Part shown: piece after piece, positions 28,818 through 38,779 of the stretch
Layout of the letters: each line of letters starts with the position of its first letter
Position numbering within the stretch: position 1 is the first letter of the stretch
NCBI GenBank assembly: GCA_918797485.1
Contig: CAKKNE010000001.1
Location: 4,092,001 to 4,156,000, forward strand
Source of the DNA: Pelagomonas calceolata
Lineage: Eukaryota
Length of the DNA: 64,000 bases
Direction of reading: 5' to 3'
The notes under the pieces: model-generated
The model's database searches: none
What the model was told of the DNA's origin: nothing
What the model saw: the letters and a program-made list of their open reading frames with translations, nothing else
Position numbers and translations under genes: made by a program

Positions 28818-30724
28818 TCAGGACGACGACGCCTTCGCCGACTGCTTCGCCCCTCGCTTCGCCTCCTTCGCGCCGCGTTTGGCTTCCCGCGCGGACGGCT
28901 CCGGGGCCTTCGCCTCGGCCTCCTTCGGCGGTCCTTTAAGCGCTTCCTCCTGCGCTCTTTTCAAAGCCTCGGCCTGCTCGGCCTCCCTTTTAGCTTTTCT
29001 AGCGGCCCTTCTCTCAGCTTGCTCCGCCTCGAGCTTCGCCAGCCGCTCGGCCTTGGCTTTCGCCTCCTCGCGCCGCCGCTTCTCCCGCCGCTTCTCGGCC
29101 AAGGCGTTCTCCTTCTCTTTTCTTAACTGTTCTTGCCTGTATTTTTCCAGGGCCTCCATCTTAAGTTTATATGCCTCATCAACAACCGGCTCCGCGAACT
29201 CATCGGCCTCCTCTTTCAGTCGGGCCTGCTCCGTCTCCAGGGCGTCGGGATCCTCCTCCATGGGTTTCGGCGCCGCATCCGCATCGGCCTCGCCGAAGAA
29301 CTCCGCTAAAGCTTTGATCAACGTCTCCTGGACGTCGCGGTCGTTCACGCGTCCGCGCCGGTTCATGCCTGTGCACAAATCAACCAGTGAGGCGGGTGCT
29401 CCGTCGAGCGGTGGGAAACCGGCACCGCCAGGCTATCGAGCAGGCGTCGCGTCGATGGCGTGGAGCCGCGACAATTTGATTTATGCACTGGTTTATGCCG
29501 TCGAGAGCCACCGGCCCCGCCGCTAATAGTTCATCAAAGGTATCCGCGCCTCGAGGCACATAGATAGCTTTATCCGGGGACTTTTCGGTCCGCATGGCTT
29601 TATCGAGCTTGTGGAACAACGTAAAAGATAGTAATGACCGGAACTGCTTGTTCAGCGCCTTGTCCTTTGATGAGGTGAATACTAGCGAAGCACCATGTTG
29701 ATGAGCCAAGAACCTTAGAACCTGGCACAGGGCCTTCAACCCTAACCTATCTCGAGCCAGTGGATTATTTTCGTCCTTGATGCTATCCCACTTGTTCGCG
29801 ACGATCATGAGCGGCACCGCGCACGCATCCACGTTCCGCCGGTCGGGGTGGTCCTCCTTCTTGTGCTTCTTCCGCCAGATCGTCTGGAACGACTCTTTAG
29901 CCTTGTCCTCCATTTCACTGGCTGCATCTGAACCTGTGTGGAAATCAAAATTTTACGGCGCGGTCGTGCTGAATCATCGCGTCGTCCTCCACGCCATCGA
30001 CGCGTCGCCTGCTCGATGGCGTGGCGATGCCGGTTCCCCACCGCTCGACGGAGCCAGCGCGGCCGCGTCGTCGCCGAGAAATGGCTTAGTGAAGAATTGT
30101 CGGGTGCACCCGACACACTGGTTGATTTCCACACAGATCTGAACTTCCCGAGGTCCGTAGATCATCTAATCTTGACTGTACATGAGTTCTGAGCATCGTG
30201 AGCCAGTGCAGACAGGCCGGTATCACATTTTGTGGTTTCGAGAGATCCAACACTATTGCGAGTACTGCGGTAGGTAGTCTCGCGGTCGTAATCGGAACAC
30301 CGACCAACTCGGCCACCCCGTCGCCCTTCATGCCGCCACCCAGCTCCCAGATGTGGGCCACGTCTTTCAACGTGGACGTGTTCTTCGACCGTCGAGCAAA
30401 GACGTACTCCAGAGCTACAGTCGGCTTGGGCGTGTCTCGGACCGTACCCGCAGGCTGCAGCAAGGCCAACAACGACGATTTCCCGCCTCCCTTCGGCCCG
30501 ACGAACAACGAATACGATTCTAAAGGTCGTATCGTTTCTTTTTGTCTTTGTAACAACATGTCAAATATGGTAGGGGGCTCGCCGTCCTTCTTTTTCGTAC
30601 TGTGGCCGGGCTGCTTGACCTCGAAGTCCGGATCGTCGATGTCCGGGGTCGCGCCAAAGGCCGACTGGCCCTCGTAGATGCGCTCGCCCGTCGGCGCGAG
30701 GGTGTAGACGCCGCTCCCACTCAT
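28818..30724 (-). CDS. DYNC2LI1: Cytoplasmic dynein-2 light intermediate chain (exons 30724-30145, 29933-29499, 29368-28818)
   Basis: FVGPKGGGKSSL, PKPTVALEYVFARR, KDVAHIWELGGG, VLDLSKP, VPLMIVANKWD, LRFLAHQHGASLVFTS, YVPRGADTF; the three exons total 1566 nt in one frame. Confidence 0.9.
29369..29490. mobile_element. Introner element, short and inverted copy (intron 29498-29369, GC-AG)
   Basis: Imperfect 15-bp TIRs CTGTGCACAAATCAA / TTGATTTATGCACTG; 8-bp TSD GTTCATGC (29361-29368) / GTTTATGC (29491-29498); core nearly identical to the reverse complement of the 29934 element core. Confidence 0.85.
29934..30136. mobile_element. Introner element, 203 bp (intron 30144-29934, GT-AG)
   Basis: Perfect 15-bp TIRs CTGTGTGGAAATCAA / TTGATTTCCACACAG; perfect 8-bp TSD ATCTGAAC at 29926-29933 and 30137-30144. 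Confidence 0.93.
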
Positions 30725-31143
30725 GGCTGCCCTTTTTGTTCACTCGGTTCGCGGCGACTGGTCGTCTGCCTGGTACGAGGCGTCCGCTGCTTGCGCCGGG
30801 CAGCCTCACGCAGCCTCACGACGGCGCGCGTGCGTTTACGCGTTTGGCGGCGCGCGGCTCCAAACTCGAGAGTCTGTGCCCGCCGGGTTTCGCGTTCAAA
30901 TGGAGAGGGTATCCGGCTCGCTCCAGCCGTCCCTTGCTAGTCTTCGGACCGTTCACGGACCAACCCTCGAGACCCGCACTTAAACTATGCTCCAGCTCTC
31001 CGCGCTGTGCAGCGTGCTCTGCGGCTGCCCGAGGGCCCAGCACGCCATATCTCGCGGCGGGGCAGCGTTTTCGTGAAACTCCGTCAAACAAGCAAGCCGC
31101 CGCGCCGGCGTTCGGGCAGTCGTCGTCCGGTGAGGGCCAGCCC

Positions 31144-32001
31144 ATGCCACCCAAAAAAAAGAAGACCGCATCACTGGCCGGCGTCGCGAAGTCAGCATCA
31201 GACCCCAAGGCCAAGAAGAAGGCGGCGAAGAGCGTCGCCGCCAAGCTCAAGAAAAAAGCAAAAGCCGCGTCCTCCACCAAGGAGTTGACTGATGAAGGAG
31301 CGAAAGTAGTGACGGTCGCCGAGGGTACGGACGCGACGGCACCACCGCCGGACGAGCCCGTCGTGCAAGAAGAGCGCGTGCCGACGCCCGAGCCTACAGG
31401 GCCGCCGCCATTACCGGATCCATCAACAGATCCTTTGGGCTACGCGCGCGCCGTCTGGGCCGACGACTGCCCCCACGAGGTCACTTCTGCAGATATCGTC
31501 GTCACGTACTCGCACTACAAGACGGCCTTTCCGTGCCGCAACGGTGTGGTAAGGTGGCCGGCGATCGACGAGGAGTACGCCATCTCGTTCATCTTTAAAG
31601 GTGATTTTGCGAAGCGTATCAGAGCTTATCCAACGGGCGTCACTACTGCGAATTCGGAGCAGGCGCCTCTGCTCGTCTTGGCCAAAGGCAAGAAGGGCGT
31701 CGACGACTTCGGGGACCCCGACGCTGCTTTGGACGAGGACTATTGGTTGGGTTTATCGAGTGATTTCGAGGGCAAGTACACGCTCGAGGTCGACGAGGAC
31801 GTCGCGGCTGGTTTAGGTGTGGAGACGCGGGACGGGCCCCTCGTCCTGAACGACAACCCGAACGACGTCGGTCTGCCCCTGGGCGAGCGGAAGACGGAGG
31901 GCTGCTCGTGCCTCTTCGGCAACCCGTGCCAGGACAAGTACGTCTGCAAGGACTGGAACAACCGCTTCGAGGTGGCGAAGAAGAATGGTTGGAAGGGGTA
32001 A
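31144..32001 (+). CDS. Hypothetical protein with Lys-rich N-terminus and Cys-rich C-terminal motif
   Basis: MPPKKKKT start; ends EGCSCLFGNPCQDKYVCKDWNNRFEVAKKNGWKG; head-to-head with DYNC2LI1. Confidence 0.75.
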   Translation: MPPKKKKTASLAGVAKSASDPKAKKKAAKSVAAKLKKKAKAASSTKELTDEGAKVVTVAEGTDATAPPPDEPVVQEERVPTPEPTGPPPLPDPSTDPLGYARAVWADDCPHEVTSADIVVTYSHYKTAFPCRNGVVRWPAIDEEYAISFIFKGDFAKRIRAYPTGVTTANSEQAPLLVLAKGKKGVDDFGDPDAALDEDYWLGLSSDFEGKYTLEVDEDVAAGLGVETRDGPLVLNDNPNDVGLPLGERKTEGCSCLFGNPCQDKYVCKDWNNRFEVAKKNGWKG

Positions 32002-32168
32002 TAATTGGTCTGAATTGGGGATTGGTTGCAGGTACAGCTCCGCGTTTCGCTAGCGGCCTGCAGCTGCGCATACGCGCGATTGCTGGCTGCTCTTGCAAGA
32101 ATAGTTGTAAGTATGCATTCATTTGTTCGGTAGAGTAGCGTGCTGAGAGCGCTGTGCAGTGCTGCGAC

Positions 32169-34820
32169 ATGTGGAATGCGCTAACACTGCTGGCAGTCTC
32201 GGCACTCTCGAGAGCGTTCGCACCGCGGCGCGTGCCTCCGTCGGTTGTGAGGCCGCGAGCGACGCCTTTCGACGACGTGCTCGAGAGCACAACGCTGCCG
32301 ATCGTGGACGTGATGCCAGACATTCGCGCGGCACTCTCGTCTGAGGGCGCCTACGTGTTCCTAGAAGCGCCGCCGGGCGCCGGCAAAACCACGACGGTGC
32401 CGCTCGCGGCGGCCGCGACGGTGTCAGAGGGCCTCGTGGTCGTGGTCGAGCCGAGACGAGTAGCAGCGCGTGCCGCGGCGAGGCGCATGGCGCAGTCGCT
32501 CGGGGACGACGTCGGTGGGCTGGTTGGCTACGCGATGCGCGGCGACGCGAGGAGCTCCGAGCGGACGAGGGTGCTCGTCGTCACCGACGGCGTGCTTTTA
32601 GCGATGTGCCGGGAGGATCCGTCGCTTGCAAAATGCAGCATAGTGATCTTCGACGAGTTCCACGAGCGGGGAGTCAACTCTGACGTGGCACTTGCTTTGT
32701 GCCGGGAAGCGCAGGCCGTGCTGCGGCCCGAACTACGGCTGTGCGTGCGGACGCTGTGTCCGGAGATCCCACAACTCGTGGTATTGCGAAGCTCACTCGT
32801 CCGTGCGCAGGTTATGTCCGCGACACTTCTTGGAGACGGCACGGTCGCGGCCGACGCAACGATCGTCAAGTCATCGGGACGCGCCTACCCGGTCGATGTC
32901 ACCTACCCGCCGCGGGGTGCCCCGCGGCTCGCGGCATTGCTCAGCCGAAGGGGCGCGCTCGAGGACGCCGTCGTCGAGGCCACCGAGAAGGCGCTACGAG
33001 ATGCACCTGATGATGGCGACGTCCTCGTATTCCTACCGGGAGCGCGAGAAATTCGCCGCGTCGCGTCGGCCTTGCGGGAAAGGACCGACGTCAGTATAGA
33101 AACGCTCTACGGCGCGATGCCGGCCGAGGCGCAGGATGCGGTCGTCCACGGCCGTCGCCGCGGCCGGCGCGTTGTAGTGGCATCTCCGATCGCCGAGGCG
33201 TCGCTCACGCTCGACGGCGTCACAGCTGTGGTCGACTCTGGATTGCGGCGCGTCGCGACGATCGACGAAGACACGGGCCTGCGGCGGCTCACGACGAAAG
33301 TCGTGTCAAGAGCGAGCGCGGACCAACGGACGGGCCGCGCGGGCCGCACGGCCCCGGGATTGTGCCTCCGGATCTTTCCCGAGGCCGAGTTCGAATCGCT
33401 CAGTGAATTTAGCGCGCCGGAAATTATTTCTGCGGACCTCGCGTCCGTCGTGTTGGTCCTTTCGGCGTGGGGCTGCCAAAGCGTCGACGAGATGCTAGGC
33501 CTCCCGTTCATCGACGCGCCTCCAGTAGAAAGGCTCGAGCGCGGGCTGGACGCGCTCGCGTCGCTCGGAGCGGTCGCCGGTGGCGCCACTTTGACCGCCT
33601 TCGGACAAACCATCGCGGACATGCCTCTCGAGCCCCGCCTAGCAGCGATCGTCGCCAAAGCCACCGACCTGCCCTCGGCCCTGCGCGTCGCCGCGCTCCT
33701 GGACGAGGACACTGCGAAGGGAGGCGACTTCGACCTCGCTAAGCGCCCGTTGGACCCGCGAGCAGTTTCACGGCTCGCGAAACGTTTGGGCAAAGACGTT
33801 GATGGCCCCGGCGACGCGCTGGGCGCGGCGCTGGCCGTCGGCTTCCGCGATCTCATCGCCCAGCGGCGCGGAGACGCGTCCTACGGCGGCACGGTCTATC
33901 TCCTAGCAAACGGCAAGACTGCGCGGCTCGACGCCGCCGACGGTCCCGATTTTATTGTGGTCGCGGACGCGGGCACCGGCGACGACGGTCAGTGCCGAAT
34001 CTACGCCTACGCAACGATCGACAGGGAGGAGCTCGAGCCGTACGCGGCGTCGTCTCGGAAGATCTTTGCTGTGCCGTCCCAGGGCTACGCGGTGCGGGCC
34101 CGCGACGTCACGGCTATTGGTGCCATCGAGCTGGAGTCGGCGACTGCCCCGCAGCCGGCGCCCGAAGAGACGGTGGAACTTCTTCTGGAGACCATTCGCG
34201 ACCTCGGCGGAGTGAGAAAAGCACTCAAAGGAGACGTCGATTCGTTACTGCGACGGGCAGAGCTCTCGGGGGCGTCGCTCCCTCCGATCTTCGACGCGCT
34301 GGAACGCGGCGACGAGGAAATCCTCGAGGAGGCGGTCCTGCCGTACTTGTACACCTCACTCAATCTCAAAATCGACCTCGCGGCGGTCCTGAAAGACGCG
34401 CTCGCAGCCGCGGGCGTCGACATCGACGCGCTCTGCCCCGAGCGCATCGAGGCGCCCGACGGCACGCGAATCCGCGTGACGTACGATGCCACGGGCCCGT
34501 GCGCCGAGGCCAAGCTCCAGCAGTTCTTCGGGCAAACTACGAGTCCGACAGTCGCGGCGGGCACGCCCGTCGCGCTGCGGCTGCTGTCACCGGCGGGAAA
34601 GCTCCTTGGCGAGACGCGGGACCTCGCGTTTTTCTGGAAGGAGGTCTATCCCTCGGTGCGCGCGGAGCAGAGAGGGCGGTACCCGAAGCACCCGTGGCCC
34701 GAAGATCCGATGGCCGCCGCGCCGACGCGGGCGACGAACAAGGCGCTCCGCGCGGCGGGCGGTGGCGCGTCTGCGCCGGCTTCGAAGCGAGCGCCAAAGA
34801 AGAAACGTAAGAAAAGGTAG
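32169..34820 (+). CDS. hrpB: HrpB-type DEAH-box ATP-dependent RNA helicase, plastid-targeted (probable in-frame intron 32745-32810)
   Basis: APPGAGKTT, EPRRVAAR, DEFHER, MSATL, QRTGRAGR and HrpB C-terminal FFWKEVYPSVRAEQRGRYPKHPWPEDP; signal peptide ending SRAFAP. Confidence 0.88.
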   Translation: MWNALTLLAVSALSRAFAPRRVPPSVVRPRATPFDDVLESTTLPIVDVMPDIRAALSSEGAYVFLEAPPGAGKTTTVPLAAAATVSEGLVVVVEPRRVAARAAARRMAQSLGDDVGGLVGYAMRGDARSSERTRVLVVTDGVLLAMCREDPSLAKCSIVIFDEFHERGVNSDVALALCREAQAVLRPELRLCVRTLCPEIPQLVVLRSSLVRAQVMSATLLGDGTVAADATIVKSSGRAYPVDVTYPPRGAPRLAALLSRRGALEDAVVEATEKALRDAPDDGDVLVFLPGAREIRRVASALRERTDVSIETLYGAMPAEAQDAVVHGRRRGRRVVVASPIAEASLTLDGVTAVVDSGLRRVATIDEDTGLRRLTTKVVSRASADQRTGRAGRTAPGLCLRIFPEAEFESLSEFSAPEIISADLASVVLVLSAWGCQSVDEMLGLPFIDAPPVERLERGLDALASLGAVAGGATLTAFGQTIADMPLEPRLAAIVAKATDLPSALRVAALLDEDTAKGGDFDLAKRPLDPRAVSRLAKRLGKDVDGPGDALGAALAVGFRDLIAQRRGDASYGGTVYLLANGKTARLDAADGPDFIVVADAGTGDDGQCRIYAYATIDREELEPYAASSRKIFAVPSQGYAVRARDVTAIGAIELESATAPQPAPEETVELLLETIRDLGGVRKALKGDVDSLLRRAELSGASLPPIFDALERGDEEILEEAVLPYLYTSLNLKIDLAAVLKDALAAAGVDIDALCPERIEAPDGTRIRVTYDATGPCAEAKLQQFFGQTTSPTVAAGTPVALRLLSPAGKLLGETRDLAFFWKEVYPSVRAEQRGRYPKHPWPEDPMAAAPTRATNKALRAAGGGASAPASKRAPKKKRKKR

Positions 34821-35056
34821 TTGTTGTCATTCGCGTCCCGACGTCACGGTCGGCGGCCGGGCCTCCCGGTCTGCGGAGGGCTGCCCTCGGCCCGGTAGTT
34901 CTTCCTATGGCTCTCAAAACTACAAACGAAGCCACAACGTGCGGACGGCGTCGAGGCATAGCGGCGCGCTGGCGCCTCGAAAACTGCCGATGCTAACGAG
35001 TGTGCCGAACTCTGAAGGCAAGTAACCCTCGTACAGCAGCCCAAGAGTGTGAAACG

Positions 35057-35926
35057 ATGTTTGCTCCATGCGTTGAGCTCATACGACGACGACGAAATCC
35101 CACGCACGAGGAACGGGCTGCTTTGACTGAGCAGCTGCTGGATGAAACCAATGTACCCTCGATCCAAGCCCTCAGCGAGCGCGGCGCCGACGTAGACTGC
35201 GGCGCGCTCGCCCGAGCCGCTTCCGACGGCGACGTCGACCGCACGCGCGCGCTCCTTTCGTTGAAAGCGGATCCGAACAACGGTAGTCCCCTCCACGCTG
35301 CGTGCCGCGCTGGCTCCCTCGACTGCGTGCGCGCGCTGCGCCAGCACGGCGCCGAGGCGCGGCGGCCCGACGCGAACGGCCGCCTGCCCGCGGACGCCGC
35401 CGCCGCGGCGTGGCGGAAAGTAAGGAGACGACGAAGACGGGAAGGCCACTACTCCAATGACAATGACGACGACGACGAGCGCCGCTACCGCGAGGTGTTA
35501 CGCACACTACCCGCGAAACCGTTACATACAACACGACAAGTGGGACGCCGGTGCAAGGGCCTGACTCTGAAAGGGACGCGGTGCCTCGTCACGAGCTGCA
35601 CGCGCAATCCAGCAGCGGCGCCGCTCCGCAAGGGCGAGCGCTTCTGCGCGCACCACGCCTGCCAGGCGTGCGACTTTCCGGATGACGAGGTCGCGCCCGC
35701 GCGGCCGGTGCGCACGGAGCTGACCGCCGACCAAACTTTGGAACTGTTGTCGACGCTCGCCGGCGTCGAGCGGCCTTCTTCAATCCGGGAACGGCGGCGG
35801 CCCGCAACAGCGTCGCCAGATATCGCGGAGCTCCATTCGCGGCGGCTCAACATCGAGCAGCGAATAGTGGATGCGACGAGGCAAGTCCGCGAGCTCCAGG
35901 AACTCGGGCGAGTAATAGCGACATAG
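35057..35926 (+). CDS. Ankyrin-repeat protein with small Cys/His finger
   Basis: ALARAASDGDVDRTRALLSLKADPN, SPLHAACRAGSLDCVRALRQHGA; RCKGLTLKGTRC...FCAHH. Confidence 0.7.
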   Translation: MFAPCVELIRRRRNPTHEERAALTEQLLDETNVPSIQALSERGADVDCGALARAASDGDVDRTRALLSLKADPNNGSPLHAACRAGSLDCVRALRQHGAEARRPDANGRLPADAAAAAWRKVRRRRRREGHYSNDNDDDDERRYREVLRTLPAKPLHTTRQVGRRCKGLTLKGTRCLVTSCTRNPAAAPLRKGERFCAHHACQACDFPDDEVAPARPVRTELTADQTLELLSTLAGVERPSSIRERRRPATASPDIAELHSRRLNIEQRIVDATRQVRELQELGRVIAT

Positions 35927-35928
35927 TC

Positions 35929-37473
35929 TTACACAAAGGTCCCCTTCTCTCCCTCGCTCCAGCCCCAATTCGGGTCGTCGGGCCGGTCGAGCGGCACGTC
36001 CGCGAGGTCATCTACCGGCAGCGAGGGCTCCCGCGATAGCTGCGGCGTCGCCGCTTGCTTCTCCTCTTCGTGGGGAGGGAGCTCCATCTTGTGCCGCATC
36101 TGCTGCTGCCGGCGCGCCTCCCGCTCGCGCTGCGCTTGGCGGACGCGCTTGCCGCCTCTCCAGCAGACCGTGGGCGCCTCGCAGATGATTCTGCCTAGAT
36201 CGGCCGTGACGTCTCCCACGAAGAACATATCCCTAAAAGCCTGGTCGTAGGTTAGAGCTCTCTGTAGTGGCGTCGTCCCGATGCCGTCGTCGCGCCTCGT
36301 GTGTTCTCTCCAACTAAACACGCATTCATGCAATAACGCGAAGAAGGCCATCTCGACGCATATGACGAAATCATTGAGACCGGTCGTGGTCCGGTCGGGC
36401 GATTGATGGGCGAAGCGCCGCGTGACGACCCCAAAGGATACAAGTAACGAGATGACCATGGACTGCCAGAAGCAGAAGAAGACGATGAGCTTGACCGCTA
36501 TAAACTTTAAGAGAGGTTTGGCCCGTTGCAAGGGCTCACAAGGCAACGTCGCGTGATAAAAGTAGACCAGGTAGTACAGCGCCAACGTAACGGAAGCGTT
36601 GTTTACGAGCATGATCCAGAGATTCGCCGCGGTGGCATGCCAGTCCGTGTCGTCCCAGTCTCCACTGAAATAGAGGAACAGTGTCGTGAACGCCGTGACC
36701 GGTCGCACGATGGAATACTGCAGGACACACAACCGCGTCGTCTCCAGGAACACGGACATGTCATGATCACCCAACCAATGAAAAGGCCACCAGTGCTTTT
36801 GTGGAGGCTGCGCCGCGAAGAACGCCTTGGCCTCGTTTTCGCCGCCCATGTAATCAATAAGCAACGCCACGAAGTTGTAGAGGACGTACGACTCGTAGAC
36901 ATCGCGAGGCACGTCGAAGATGGGCGCGTATTGTATGAAACACAGCGATAAAAAAGAGTTGATCGCATATATCGGAACCATCCAGACGATCCTAATCACA
37001 TACCGCTGGCGCTGGGGCTTCACATAATTTCTTAAGTGTCCTCTGATGAGATGTAATGAGAGCCCGACGGCTATGATCGTGCAGAGTAACGCGATCACGA
37101 TCGCGCCGTCGTACGTCCCGACGGGCGGTTCCTCGTCCTTGTCATGATGCGTTTCGGGGATTGGTACCGTTGTGGGGACACTCGTGACATTGTGCGTCGG
37201 CGTGGGGGCGTCGATCTCGAGCGTGTCCGGACAATCAGTCTCCCACGGTCTCACACATTCGTTGAGCGCCTCGCACCAGCTGTAGCCGCCATGGCCGACG
37301 CAGCCGTGGTCGCCCATCGTCTTTTTTGTGGCAACTGTGGCGAGGAACCCTAGCAAGAACGCCGTCGAGACGACGCTCGCCAGCACCACAACGCGTAACC
37401 AACCGGCGACCTTGCCGTCGGTCGGTTTGGGCTGCTTACCAGCGAGGAGCGTTTCGCTCTCCGCGGCGCCAAT
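35929..37473 (-). CDS. TMEM184: TMEM184/OST-alpha family membrane transporter with N-terminal extension (start uncertain)
   Basis: HLRNYVKPQRQRYVIRIVWMVPIYAINSFLSL, RDVYESYVLYNFVALL, PLLKFIAVKLIVFFCFWQ, ICVEMAFFALLH. Confidence 0.88.
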   Translation of the reverse strand: MGAAESETLLAGKQPKPTDGKVAGWLRVVVLASVVSTAFLLGFLATVATKKTMGDHGCVGHGGYSWCEALNECVRPWETDCPDTLEIDAPTPTHNVTSVPTTVPIPETHHDKDEEPPVGTYDGAIVIALLCTIIAVGLSLHLIRGHLRNYVKPQRQRYVIRIVWMVPIYAINSFLSLCFIQYAPIFDVPRDVYESYVLYNFVALLIDYMGGENEAKAFFAAQPPQKHWWPFHWLGDHDMSVFLETTRLCVLQYSIVRPVTAFTTLFLYFSGDWDDTDWHATAANLWIMLVNNASVTLALYYLVYFYHATLPCEPLQRAKPLLKFIAVKLIVFFCFWQSMVISLLVSFGVVTRRFAHQSPDRTTTGLNDFVICVEMAFFALLHECVFSWREHTRRDDGIGTTPLQRALTYDQAFRDMFFVGDVTADLGRIICEAPTVCWRGGKRVRQAQREREARRQQQMRHKMELPPHEEEKQAATPQLSREPSLPVDDLADVPLDRPDDPNWGWSEGEKGTFV

Positions 37474-37929
37474 CGTGCTCAGTGCGCCGCGAGACGGCGC
37501 GGCGCCCAAACACAGGCACAGCCTAGTTTGTGTCTGCTGAGGCGCAAACGGGTGCGACGCGGCGCAGGTGTGTCTCCGGGGCACGGATGCGACTACCTGG
37601 CGTCGATAGCGCTCTCCGGAGCACACGTAAGGCGTTTTTGCTGCACGCTCTTCGATTTTGCCCAGTCTGAACCCGTTTTGCGATTTTAGGCCGGAAGGGC
37701 TGCCCGACGGAGTGCCTCGGCGCGGGAGAGGGTGGGCGCGACCGGGGAAGCGTCGGACTCGTCCATTTTCGCCCGCCACTAGGGGAAACATTAGCATAAC
37801 GCGCAGCGTCTGTGCCCGCCGCCGATTTCGAGGGCTGCCTCGGCTTGTGTGGTTGTGTGGCCCTCTGCGCCGTCGTTGCGTGCTCGCAGACGCCGTCGGG
37901 CAGCCTCGCACCGCGACCGCAGCGCAAAA

Positions 37930-38766
37930 ATGGAGAACCCGAAGTTGTGGGGCCCCGGCGGCCTGTGTCTCAACATCCAGGAGGACGCCGGGCTGGAGAC
38001 GGCGTTGCTCGATGGGGCCCTGAAGAACAACCTCCCGAAGCTCGAGTTCTGGGGCAAGATCACGGGTACTACTGATAGTTATTTGATTGCCGTCGGGTAT
38101 AGTCCGGAGTACCCGTTTCCCAAGAAGACCTTCTTCTGGACGACGACGTCGGAAGCCCACGAGTTGAAGGTCATGAAAGTTTTAGATGATGACTACGCGG
38201 CCCACGCGAAGACGTTGATGAACACGCCGTTTACCGGCGATCCCGCGACCCCCTACGAGATCGTGCGACCCGAGGGCTACGAGCCGCCGCCGCCCAAGAC
38301 CGACGAGAACGGCGAGCCCATCCCGCCGGAAGAGTTCCGGGAGGAGCACAAGCTCGCCTACCACGTCTCGGTCATTGACAACGAGGTGTCCATCATACCA
38401 AAGGGCGCGTGGATCTGCGACGCGACGCACCAAGTGATAAAAAATGTGACGAACTGCGGCTTGACGCATGAGGCGGCTGGGTCTCTGAGAAACTACTTAC
38501 ACTTCCGGTACCCCGAGAACGACCGGTCGAAGCAAGCGCTGGTGAAGCCGGGCGTCGTGCGGCACGGCGACTTCCTCGACAACCTCGAGGACGACGCGCC
38601 CAAGGGCTGCTGGGGCGTGCACTATTCTCCGGATGCCAAGTACTCGATCGTCCGGTCGTTCTACTGGCCGGGCTCGTACTTCTGCCACGAGATCAAGACG
38701 GGCAACTACGTGAGCGTCTACTTCGGCGACGGCCTCCCCAACGAGGACATCCTCTTCATGCTCTAG
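37930..38766 (+). CDS. RSPH9: Radial spoke head protein 9
   Basis: FWGKITGTTDSYLIAVG, FTGDP, EEHKLAYHVSVIDNEVSIIPKGA, YLHFR, PKGCW, RSFYWPG, YFGDGLPNEDILFML. Confidence 0.92.
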   Translation: MENPKLWGPGGLCLNIQEDAGLETALLDGALKNNLPKLEFWGKITGTTDSYLIAVGYSPEYPFPKKTFFWTTTSEAHELKVMKVLDDDYAAHAKTLMNTPFTGDPATPYEIVRPEGYEPPPPKTDENGEPIPPEEFREEHKLAYHVSVIDNEVSIIPKGAWICDATHQVIKNVTNCGLTHEAAGSLRNYLHFRYPENDRSKQALVKPGVVRHGDFLDNLEDDAPKGCWGVHYSPDAKYSIVRSFYWPGSYFCHEIKTGNYVSVYFGDGLPNEDILFML

Positions 38767-38779
38767 GCTGCGTAAGGAG

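Noticed and set aside
28818..30724. Three separate ORFs or a frameshifted pseudogene
   Set aside because: Two introner introns join them into one in-frame DYNC2LI1 CDS.
37474..38160. Long N-terminal extension of the TMEM184 ORF
   Set aside because: Non-ATG start, overlaps RSPH9 antisense and the shared promoter; composition is not protein-like.
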